DNA of 64,000 nucleotides from Gemmatimonadota bacterium. GTDB taxonomy: Bacteria; Gemmatimonadota; Gemmatimonadetes; Gemmatimonadales; GWC2-71-9. The notes below the pieces were generated by a model. The model was not told the DNA's origin. It was given only the letters and a program-made list of their open reading frames with translations, and did no database searches. Position 1 is the first letter of the stretch; each line of letters opens with the position of its first letter. Location of the stretch: NCBI GenBank assembly GCA_003169895.1, contig PNAE01000007.1, forward strand, positions 1,135,222-1,199,221, written 5' to 3'. Positions 43,462 through 51,868 of the stretch are shown one piece after another. Made by a program: the position numbers and the translations under genes.

Positions 43462-45135
43462 ATGCGCCGTTTGTCATGGATCATCGGATGTGTCACGGTC
43501 ATCGCGAGCCGCGCCACGGCACAGGACACGCGCCCGTTCACCCACGCCGACACGCTGCGCGGCAGCATCGGCCCCGCGCGCGCCTGGTGGGATGTCACGT
43601 TCTACGATCTTCATGTGCGGGTGAATCCCGCCGACAGCAGCATCCGCGGATGGAACGGCATCACCTACCAGGTGCTCGCGCCGGGGAACGAGATGCAGAT
43701 CGACCTGCAGGTTCCCATGGAAGTCGACAGCATGCTGCAGGGCGGCAAGCCATTGACGTGGCGCCGTGACGGCAACGCGTTCTTCGTGGCGCTGCCGTCC
43801 CCGCAGCGCACGGGTACCCGTCGCACGGTCAGCGTGTATTACCACGGTCACCCGATCGCGGCGCGCCGCCCGCCGTGGGATGGCGGTTTCATCTGGCAGC
43901 ACGACTCGCTCGGCCGGCTGTGGGTTGCCACGGCCAACCAGGGCGCCGGTGCCTCGATCTGGTGGCCAACCAAGGACACCCAGGCTGACGAGCCCGATTC
44001 GCAGCGCATCGCGATCACCATGCCCGATCCGATGGTCGACGTCTCCAACGGACGGTTGCGCAAGACCACGCACAACACCGATGGCACGACGACCTTCGAA
44101 TGGTTCGTGACCGCACCGATCAACAACTACGACGTGGCTGTCAACGCCGGAACGTACGCGCACTTCAGCGATGTCTACGACGGGGAGGCGGGCAAGCTCA
44201 CCATGGACTTCTGGCCGCTTGCCTATCACCTGGACACCGCGAAGGTGCAGTGGCAGCAGGCGAAGAGCATGATGCGGTGCTTCGAGCACTGGTTTGGCCC
44301 GTACCCGTGGTATGCCGACGGCTACAAGCTGGTGGAGGCGCCCCACCTGGGGATGGAACACCAGACGGCGGTGGCGTACGGTAACCACTTCAGGAACGGC
44401 TACTACGCCGGCGCGCGCGGCCAGGAACGCTGGATCGATTTCTCGGGGATGGGCGAGGGATACAAGTGGGATTTCATCATCGTGCACGAAAGCGCGCACG
44501 AATGGTTCGGCAACAACATCACCACCAAGGACATCGCCGACAGCTGGGTGCACGAGGGCTTCGCCAACTACGCCGAGGGCATCTATTCCGAATGCCAGGA
44601 TGGCAAGGAAGCCGGCGCGCGATACATCATCGGGAGCCGGCGCCAGATCCGCAACGACGCACCAATCATCGGGCCGTATGGCGTCAACCGGGACGGTTCC
44701 GGCGACATGTATTACAAGGGCGGCAGCATGCTGCACACGATGCGGCAGGTGGTCGACAACGACGAGAAGTGGCGCGGCGTCCTGCGTGGACTCAACCAGA
44801 CCTTCTGGCACCAGACCGTCACGGGCCGGCAGGTGGAGGACTACATCAACCAGCAGTCCGGCGTCAACTTCGACAAGGTGTTCGAGCAGTACCTCACGAC
44901 CACACGCATCCCCACGCTGGAATACCGCATCAGCGCCGGGACGCTTTCGTTTCGGTGGGTCGACGTCGTCCCCGGCTTCGCCATGCCGGTGAAGGTGACG
45001 CTGAAGGGAAGCGGGTTGTCCTGGATTCGTCCGACCGAATCCTGGAACACCACGGATATCGCACTGCCTGACGCCGCGGCGTTCAAGGTCGACGACAACT
45101 TCCTGGTGAAGTCCTCGAATGTCGGTGGCAGCTGA
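43462..45135 (+). CDS. M1-family zinc metallopeptidase (aminopeptidase N-like)
   Basis: HESAHEWFGN ...18 aa... WVHEGFANY (HExxH-x18-E), and a signal peptide. Confidence 0.88.
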   Translation: MRRLSWIIGCVTVIASRATAQDTRPFTHADTLRGSIGPARAWWDVTFYDLHVRVNPADSSIRGWNGITYQVLAPGNEMQIDLQVPMEVDSMLQGGKPLTWRRDGNAFFVALPSPQRTGTRRTVSVYYHGHPIAARRPPWDGGFIWQHDSLGRLWVATANQGAGASIWWPTKDTQADEPDSQRIAITMPDPMVDVSNGRLRKTTHNTDGTTTFEWFVTAPINNYDVAVNAGTYAHFSDVYDGEAGKLTMDFWPLAYHLDTAKVQWQQAKSMMRCFEHWFGPYPWYADGYKLVEAPHLGMEHQTAVAYGNHFRNGYYAGARGQERWIDFSGMGEGYKWDFIIVHESAHEWFGNNITTKDIADSWVHEGFANYAEGIYSECQDGKEAGARYIIGSRRQIRNDAPIIGPYGVNRDGSGDMYYKGGSMLHTMRQVVDNDEKWRGVLRGLNQTFWHQTVTGRQVEDYINQQSGVNFDKVFEQYLTTTRIPTLEYRISAGTLSFRWVDVVPGFAMPVKVTLKGSGLSWIRPTESWNTTDIALPDAAAFKVDDNFLVKSSNVGGS

Positions 45136-45142
45136 GGCCGGT

Positions 45143-45168
45143 CACTTCTTTCGTCTCGCGTCTCTCAT
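45143..45168. repeat. Degenerate solitary heptamer arm
   Basis: tcacttc tttcgtc tcgcgtc tctcatt, the complement-type of the GAGACGA/GTGAGAC heptads. No partner arm. Confidence 0.4.
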
Positions 45169-45186
45169 TCAATCGCCGGTCGGCAT

Positions 45187-45621
45187 GTGCGCGACCTCGT
45201 CGCCGACCCGTCTCCTGTGGAGTATCTCTTCCGGAGCGGTGTCATGATGGGCAATTTCATGAGGTTTTGCAGCGACGAACCGCTGGACGTGCTGGTCAAT
45301 CCCCACCGGGCCGAAGAACAGGACGCCGCGAAGGCGGCGGGCGCAGTGCGCCTGCAGGTACTCGGCGTGCGCCTCACCGGCACCGAGACGAGTGACGAGG
45401 TGGGCGACCTGCTCGACGCGATCGAGCGGTTCGAACAGGCGGTCGAATTGCACGGCGGCGACTTGATGGTGGACGAAGGCCCGCACGGCCGCACCACGGA
45501 GCCGGACGACCCGCAGTTCGCGCTTCCCCGGCGCATCGCAAACGAATCCGCGGCGGCGTACGTGGCCCGCCTCAGCGAGGCGACCGGGCGACTGCACCGC
45601 CGCCCGCGTCACCGCGACTGA
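45187..45621 (+). CDS. Hypothetical acidic protein
   Basis: High GC3 in this frame and a balanced acidic composition. The opposite-strand ORF (45169-45663) is Arg-rich shadow. GTG start, or ATG at 45244. Confidence 0.45.
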   Translation: MRDLVADPSPVEYLFRSGVMMGNFMRFCSDEPLDVLVNPHRAEEQDAAKAAGAVRLQVLGVRLTGTETSDEVGDLLDAIERFEQAVELHGGDLMVDEGPHGRTTEPDDPQFALPRRIANESAAAYVARLSEATGRLHRRPRHRD

Positions 45622-45690
45622 GGGAACCTTCGATCGCCTGCCAGTACCTGCCTCCGACCGCACCGTCTCCGTGACGGGACCCGGGATGCG

Positions 45691-47853
45691 CTAATTCGGT
45701 TTCTTGAACTGCTTGTCCAGTTGGTCCCGCTCCTGCTGATGCCGTACGTCCTGTGCCTTCGTCTCGTTCTGCTGCTGTTGTTGCAATTGCGCGGCTGAGA
45801 CGCCCGCTGGCAACTGCTTCAGTTGCGCCTGGTGCCGTGCGGCAAGATCGGCGTCCTCCTTTTGCTGTTTCGCGTTCAGTTGTTTCAGCTGCATCGTCCG
45901 CTGCAGCTGCGTCTTGTCAGGCACGGCGGCAGCCGACGGTGGCGGGTTGCCGCGGCCCGCCGGTGTCGGCTGGGCGGCAGGTGGTGCTGATTGCCTGCCG
46001 CGACCGCGACCCTGATCGGGCGGTGCCGGCTGAGCCGGCGGTGGCGGCACCGGACGTGGTTGGATCGGTGGCGGTGGCGGTGGCGCCGGTACTGGCGCCG
46101 CCTGCGCCGGCGTTGGAGCCGGTGGTGGTTGCGACTGGCGCCCACGTCCGCGACCCTGGGCCGGCGGCGGCGCTGGTGGCAGCGGCGCGGGCGGCGGCGG
46201 TTGCGCTGGCGGCGGCGTCGGTAGCGGCGGGGGGACCTGCGTTGGCTGTTGCGCCGGCGGTCCCGATGGGCGCGGTGGCGGTTGGCCGCGGCCGCGGTCC
46301 TGCGGTGGCGGTGGTGGCGTTGGCGCAGGTGTTGGCTGTGCTGCCGGCGGCCCGCTTGGCCTTGGCGGCTGACCGGGTTGCGGCGGCGGCTGCGTCGTCG
46401 TCGGGGGTTCGCCACGGCCTGGCTGCTGCGTGCCGGGGCGCGGACGGGCCCGCCATTGCGGCGGTGGCGCCGGGGTCACCTGTCCCGCCGGAAGGCCGGG
46501 TGGATGCGGGGCCACGCCCCGGCCGCGACCCTGGTCCGGCATCTGGCCCCGCGGTGGCGCTGCAATCGGCTGTCCCGCAGCCACGGGCGCTGCGCTCGGG
46601 CGGGCCCCCGCGATGTCGGTCGGCCGGACTGGTACGGCAGCGCTCGCCACGGGCCGAGAGCCTTGGAACGCGTCTCGCGGCACCGCCGTCATTGCGCCCG
46701 GCACATTCCGGTTGGCTAGCGGTATCTGATTGACATCGGGGTGACCGAGATCGACGCCGACCCGGACGCCCTGCAGGTTGATGTTGATCCGATTGACATA
46801 CGTGGGACTGGCGCGGTAGGCCGGAACGAACGGTTCGCCGGGTGCGAGCGGCACCCAGCCCACGGCGCCGCCGCTACCGAACGACGCCGATGCGCCCCAA
46901 CCCTGGCCACCAACAAACGCTACCAACGCTGGCGCGTACACCGGGCGCTGGCGTTCTGAGCCGGGCACCCACGCCCAGCGGCCGCGCACCGAGGCCCAGC
47001 GTCCATAATGGAATGGTGCAAAGCCCCACGGCGCATCGTCGATCCAGGTCCAGCCCCATGGCTGTACTGACTCCCAGTGGCCATTGCGGTACGGCGCCCA
47101 GCCGGCAGGAACATCGCGCGGGGTCCACACCGGGCCGTAGTTGGCATCGGTCTGCCACGTGCCGTACGCATCGAGATCGTCGTATCCCACCATGTCACGC
47201 GACACGTAACGTGCCGATGGCAACGCGTCCTCGAGTTGATCCCGCCCGTCCGCCCAGCGTTCCCAATCGTCCGGCTGGATGGCGGCGCTCGTGATCGGCG
47301 GACGGTCGGTGGCAACGATCGTCGCCGACGTCCCCGCGGCCACCTGATAGCTGCGATCGCCAATGCTTATTTCCGCGCCGCCATCGCGCACGGTCACCGT
47401 CGTCCGCCGACCATCGGGCGTCACGTCGACGCGATAGTGGCCCTGGTCCAGCAGCGATATGGCGCCAGTCGGCGTGTCGATCTCGTACACTTCGTCAGCG
47501 CTGAGCTCACGCACGTTCACATCGATGGACCCTTCATCGAGTCGCACCTGGGTGACCGTATCGCTGACTTCGCCGAAGACGAGCGACGTCAGCGGCGCGA
47601 TCCGCACCGCCGACGAACCAAGATGCACTTCGGCTCGCGCGTCGCTGTCCGCCCAGAGCGCGTCACCGCTGGTCAACGGGTAGTTGAGCGACGCCGGCGT
47701 CCAGTCAGTGGCGCCCACGCCGTAGAGCGAGACAGTGCCCTGCATGTCGCTCACACGACCCACGCGCGCCGGTGGATCGACTCCCTGGCCGCACGCTGTG
47801 TTGAGGACGCCGAGGCCGAGGATACCAGTCATGAACAGGTGATGGCGACGCAT
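45691..47853 (-). CDS. FecR-like / DUF6600-like protein with a long Pro-rich linker and C-terminal coiled coil
   Basis: Lipoprotein-like MRRHHLFMTGILGLGVLNTAC, a FecR-like beta region, and a Trp-rich block YGTWQTDANYGPVWTP...GHWESVQPWGWTWIDDAPWGFAPFHYGRWA. About 200 aa of P/Q/A with GRGRG punctuation follows, then a KQL-rich coiled coil. Confidence 0.65.
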   Translation of the reverse strand: MRRHHLFMTGILGLGVLNTACGQGVDPPARVGRVSDMQGTVSLYGVGATDWTPASLNYPLTSGDALWADSDARAEVHLGSSAVRIAPLTSLVFGEVSDTVTQVRLDEGSIDVNVRELSADEVYEIDTPTGAISLLDQGHYRVDVTPDGRRTTVTVRDGGAEISIGDRSYQVAAGTSATIVATDRPPITSAAIQPDDWERWADGRDQLEDALPSARYVSRDMVGYDDLDAYGTWQTDANYGPVWTPRDVPAGWAPYRNGHWESVQPWGWTWIDDAPWGFAPFHYGRWASVRGRWAWVPGSERQRPVYAPALVAFVGGQGWGASASFGSGGAVGWVPLAPGEPFVPAYRASPTYVNRININLQGVRVGVDLGHPDVNQIPLANRNVPGAMTAVPRDAFQGSRPVASAAVPVRPTDIAGARPSAAPVAAGQPIAAPPRGQMPDQGRGRGVAPHPPGLPAGQVTPAPPPQWRARPRPGTQQPGRGEPPTTTQPPPQPGQPPRPSGPPAAQPTPAPTPPPPPQDRGRGQPPPRPSGPPAQQPTQVPPPLPTPPPAQPPPPAPLPPAPPPAQGRGRGRQSQPPPAPTPAQAAPVPAPPPPPPIQPRPVPPPPAQPAPPDQGRGRGRQSAPPAAQPTPAGRGNPPPSAAAVPDKTQLQRTMQLKQLNAKQQKEDADLAARHQAQLKQLPAGVSAAQLQQQQQNETKAQDVRHQQERDQLDKQFKKPN

Positions 47854-48093
47854 AACCGCTCCGATCAAGCGAGGGCCACAGGCCCTGCCGGGCACGTTGA
47901 GTAGCAAGTACGTTCAATCTGGAGACGTGTTAACCGACCCATGGAGCACCGCGGTGAGGCATTGGCGAATGGAATAGCGGGCCCTATGCCAGTCCGAGCA
48001 TGGACACAGGCCTCGAGGGCGACGACTGCGGGACGGCATCTCGCTCCGGGCCAGAGCGAGCCGTACGTACAGCCAACCGCGACGGTCGTTCGC

Positions 48094-48247
48094 GTGAGGG
48101 TCGCGTCTCGGGAGGACCCGATTCCGCGCACCCGCGATTACGCTCGCGCCCGCGCACCCGCGCGGGCGACTCGCGAATCGCCGCCGGCGTCAGACGCCGG
48201 CGGCGGGCGCGCTCCCTCGCGGGTCCTCCCTGCGACGCGACCCTCAC
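48094..48247. repeat. Nested inverted repeat (27/28-nt outer arms enclosing two perfect GC hairpins)
   Basis: Outer arms are gtgagggtcgcgtctcgggaggacccg / cgggtcctccctgcgacgcgaccctcac. Inner hairpins are cgcccgcgc-accc-gcgcgggcg and gccgccggcg-tcaga-cgccggcggc. Confidence 0.8.
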
Positions 48248-48364
48248 CTCTCGCCGGAGACGCCGCCCCCGCAGTCGCCAATCTCCCGTCAGTCGCACGG
48301 GCGAGGGACGCACGCCGGACCAGAGCGAGCCGCCCGCTCACCCACGGTGATGGAACGCCGCTGT

Positions 48365-48456
48365 AGTACAGGCGAGCGGTTGGGCCGGTGTGCGCCCGAG
48401 TCCATGCGACTGACGGCGGGAGTACAGGCGAGCGGTTGGGCCGGTGTGCGCCCGAG
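48365..48456. repeat. 36-bp perfect direct repeat x2 (period 56 bp)
   Basis: agtacaggcgagcggttgggccggtgtgcgcccgag at 48365-48400 and 48421-48456. Confidence 0.9.
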
Positions 48457-48515
48457 CCCGGCGACACCGCTGTTGAACTGGCTCCCATCGGTGGCGGTTG
48501 GTATGGTTCGCTACG

Positions 48516-50465
48516 ATGAGGTACGCTAGCAGGACAACCGCCAGTACGCCGCTCGCGCTCGGCGTGGCGATCGCCGGGCTGGTGCTGCCCGCCGGCCGGG
48601 CTGCGGCGCAGGAACATCCGATCACCTGGTCGCTCACCAGCGCCACCAGGGTGGTGCTGCAGGGCAAGCCGTTCGCGACGTTTCTCCACGCGCAGATTCC
48701 CACTGGCTGGCACCTGTATTCCATGACACAGCCACCCGGTGGCCCGGTGCCCACCGTAGTCAGCGTCGCGAATGACGGCGCGTTCGTACTTGCGGCGATC
48801 CCCACGGCGCGCGAGCCGGACGTCGCCCCCGACAACAACTTTCAGATCGTCACCGAGACCTACGCGGACTCGGTCACGTTCATCGTTCCGGTCGCGGCGC
48901 GAGCATCGGGTGTGCAGACACTCGACCTGAAGACGGCATACCAGACCTGCACCGACCGCTACTGCCTGCCACCGACCAGCGAGTTGCTGCATCTGTCGCT
49001 GCGCGTGATACCGAGCGCCGGGCCTGCGCTCAGCGTGACACCGGTGCGGCCACCGGGACCGTCACCGCCGGCGCAGCGCCCGGCCGCGAGCGCCGCGGCG
49101 CCGCTGCACGCGGCCACGTCCTCGCCGGACCGTGGTGCGACGCAGTCGCTGCCGCTGTTCCTCTGGCTCGCGGCAGTCATGGGCGCATTGTCGCTGCTCA
49201 CGCCGTGCGTGTTTCCGATGATCCCGATCACGGTGTCGTATTTCACGCGTACCGGCGAGGTGGCGCGCGGCAAGCCCGCGCGCAACGCGCTGATCTACGC
49301 CGGCGGCATCATGGCCACCTTCACCGTGTTGGGGATGGCGATTGCCGTCCTGGTCGGCGCCGGTGGCATCAATCGGTTCGCCGCCAACCCGTGGGTCAAC
49401 CTGCTGGTCACCGGCATCTTTCTGGCCTTCGCGTTCAACCTCTTCGGCGCCTATCAGATTGCGCTGCCGGCGTCCCTCCTGACGCGGCTCGACACCGCCA
49501 CCCGACGGACCGGGGGCAGCGAAACCGCCGGCATCCTGGCGATGGGACTCACGTTCACGTTGACGTCGTTCACTTGCACGGCGCCATTCGTCGGCACGCT
49601 GCTGGTCATGGCCGCGCAAGGGACCTGGATCTGGCCGCTATGCGGGTTGCTGGTGTTCTCCGCCGTCTTCGCGTTGCCGTTCTTCCTGCTGGCGTTGATG
49701 CCAAGCGCGGTGGCCAGGCTGCCGCGTTCGGGGCCGTGGCTGCAGTCGGCGAAGGTAATGATGGGGTTCATCGAGCTCGCGACCGCAATGAAGTTCCTCT
49801 CCAATGCCGATCTCGTGCTGCGCTGGGGTATTTTCACCCGGACGGCAGTGCTCGCGATCTGGCTGGGCATTGCCGTGGCGGCTGCGCTGTACCTCCTGGG
49901 CGTCGCCGGATGGCGCCCCGGCCAGCCACGCAGTCGGCTGACTCCGGCGCGGATGCTGGCTGCCCTCGTCCCGCTCACCGTAGCAGCCTACGTCGCTCGC
50001 GGACTCGGCGGCCGGCGACTCGGCGAGCTGGAGTCATTCGTGCCGCCGCCCGAAGGAGCCGTGACTTCGGGCATGACGTCGGTGCGGGGAGAGCTGCCGT
50101 GGCTCGTCAACGACTATGACGGGGGACTTGCGCGTGCGCGGGTCGAGCACAAGCAGGTCATGGTCGATTTCACCGGCTATACCTGCACCAACTGCCGCTG
50201 GATGGAAGCGAACATGTTTCCCCGCGATGAGGTCAAGCGGGAACTGGGCCGGTTCGTCCGGGTCCGGCTGTATACCGATGGCCAGGGCGAACTGTATCAG
50301 CGCCAGCAGCGTATGGAGCAGGAGAAGCTCGGCACGGTCGCGCTGCCGTACTATGTGATCGTTGACACGCTCGGCGCGGTCAAGGCGCAGTTCCTCGGCA
50401 TGACGCGCAATCGCGATGAATTCGTGCAGTTCCTGAGTCGCGGGCGGAGCTCGACCGCCCCCTAG
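48516..50465 (+). CDS. dsbD: Thiol:disulfide interchange protein DsbD-like
   Basis: N-terminal periplasmic domain, TM core with LTPCVFPMIPI, and C-terminal thioredoxin CTNCRWME. Confidence 0.85.
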   Translation: MRYASRTTASTPLALGVAIAGLVLPAGRAAAQEHPITWSLTSATRVVLQGKPFATFLHAQIPTGWHLYSMTQPPGGPVPTVVSVANDGAFVLAAIPTAREPDVAPDNNFQIVTETYADSVTFIVPVAARASGVQTLDLKTAYQTCTDRYCLPPTSELLHLSLRVIPSAGPALSVTPVRPPGPSPPAQRPAASAAAPLHAATSSPDRGATQSLPLFLWLAAVMGALSLLTPCVFPMIPITVSYFTRTGEVARGKPARNALIYAGGIMATFTVLGMAIAVLVGAGGINRFAANPWVNLLVTGIFLAFAFNLFGAYQIALPASLLTRLDTATRRTGGSETAGILAMGLTFTLTSFTCTAPFVGTLLVMAAQGTWIWPLCGLLVFSAVFALPFFLLALMPSAVARLPRSGPWLQSAKVMMGFIELATAMKFLSNADLVLRWGIFTRTAVLAIWLGIAVAAALYLLGVAGWRPGQPRSRLTPARMLAALVPLTVAAYVARGLGGRRLGELESFVPPPEGAVTSGMTSVRGELPWLVNDYDGGLARARVEHKQVMVDFTGYTCTNCRWMEANMFPRDEVKRELGRFVRVRLYTDGQGELYQRQQRMEQEKLGTVALPYYVIVDTLGAVKAQFLGMTRNRDEFVQFLSRGRSSTAP

Positions 50466-50495
50466 GAGTCGCTCCGGCGACTGGAGATTGGCAGC

Positions 50496-51827
50496 ATGCG
50501 AAGCGCAGCCGTGTTCCTGGCCGGATTGATCGCCGCGCCGGTGATCATGATGGCGCAGGTGGCCCCGCCAGCGGCAACTCCGGTGGGATGCAGCAAGGAC
50601 GCCAACGACTGGTTCAACGTTGCGTACCGGGCAGCTCGCGACAGCGCCGCCCAGCCTGGCGGGAAGCCGGCCGACGTGCAGGGACTGCTTGCGACGCGCA
50701 CCGCCAGAACGAAGGCCTGCGCGGCGCAATTCAGCGTCGACCGGACGTCCGGACCGCAGCTGCTGCCGCTGGCGTCGCTCTATTCAGAGGTCGGCGAGGA
50801 TTCGCTCGCCAGGGCGGCGGTCAACAAGCGCCTGGGGGAACCGGGGCTGCGTGACGCCGACCGGGCCGATGCGCTGGTCACGATGATCGGTGCGCTCACG
50901 AAGCCGGATACCCTGGTGATCGCCCGCGCCGAGCCGTACATGCAGCAACTCGACGCGCTACCCGACGCGACGGTCATGCAGAAGCTCGACGCGCACAATC
51001 GCCTCAATGGCGAATACCGCTACCTCGATGTGAACGATCGCATCCGGCAACATTCGCTGGCGATCATCGCACTCGGGCGAAAGCTGAAGGCGGCGTCGTC
51101 CGCGGGCGATCGCACGCCGGGAACGGTGAATCCGTACGTGCTGCTCAGCGCCTATGTCAACCTTGCCGAGGTTTACGCCGATTTTGGCCACGTGGACTCG
51201 ACGTTCATGATTCTCCAGCAGGCGACCACGGATCATCCGGAAATCGCTGCCAAGGACGCCGACACCTACCTCGAGTCGGAACGCGAGCGTTACGAACTGG
51301 TCGGCAAGCCGGCCATGACGCTGGAGGCGAATCATTGGCTCAATGCGCCGGCCGATACGCGCACGTTCGATTCCAAGGGCCGCGTGACGGTGATCGAGTT
51401 CACGGCCCATTGGTGCATCCCGTGCCGCAACAGCTACCCTGCCATGACGCAGATGGCGGCGAAATTCGGCAAACAAGGCGTCCAGTTCGTGTTTGCCACG
51501 GAATTCTACGGATACCTGGGCGCTCGCCAGAATCTCGACCCGGCCGCCGAGTTCGCGGCCGACGAAGAGTATTTCGTCACCGAGCATGGCATCCATTTTC
51601 CAGTGGCGATCGCCGACGCACCGCCGCCATACCAGCCAGGCACACCATACGTGCCCAACGTCAACGACGGCCGCTATAAGGTCGGCGGCATTCCGCAGAC
51701 GGTGGTCATCGACCGCAATGGGACCATTCGCAGGATCCTGACCGGCTGGGACACCGGAAACGCCGAGCGGCTGCCGGCGCTGATCGCGATGCTCCTCAGG
51801 GAGGAGCCGGCTCGGCCGACACCCTAA
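50496..51827 (+). CDS. TlpA/redoxin-family periplasmic thiol-disulfide oxidoreductase with an N-terminal helical domain
   Basis: VIEFTAHWCIPCRNSYP (CxxC) in the C-terminal thioredoxin fold, plus a signal peptide. Confidence 0.8.
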   Translation: MRSAAVFLAGLIAAPVIMMAQVAPPAATPVGCSKDANDWFNVAYRAARDSAAQPGGKPADVQGLLATRTARTKACAAQFSVDRTSGPQLLPLASLYSEVGEDSLARAAVNKRLGEPGLRDADRADALVTMIGALTKPDTLVIARAEPYMQQLDALPDATVMQKLDAHNRLNGEYRYLDVNDRIRQHSLAIIALGRKLKAASSAGDRTPGTVNPYVLLSAYVNLAEVYADFGHVDSTFMILQQATTDHPEIAAKDADTYLESERERYELVGKPAMTLEANHWLNAPADTRTFDSKGRVTVIEFTAHWCIPCRNSYPAMTQMAAKFGKQGVQFVFATEFYGYLGARQNLDPAAEFAADEEYFVTEHGIHFPVAIADAPPPYQPGTPYVPNVNDGRYKVGGIPQTVVIDRNGTIRRILTGWDTGNAERLPALIAMLLREEPARPTP

Positions 51828-51868
51828 TTAACAGCAACGTCCGTCACCCGTCATCCGTAGAAGAGACT

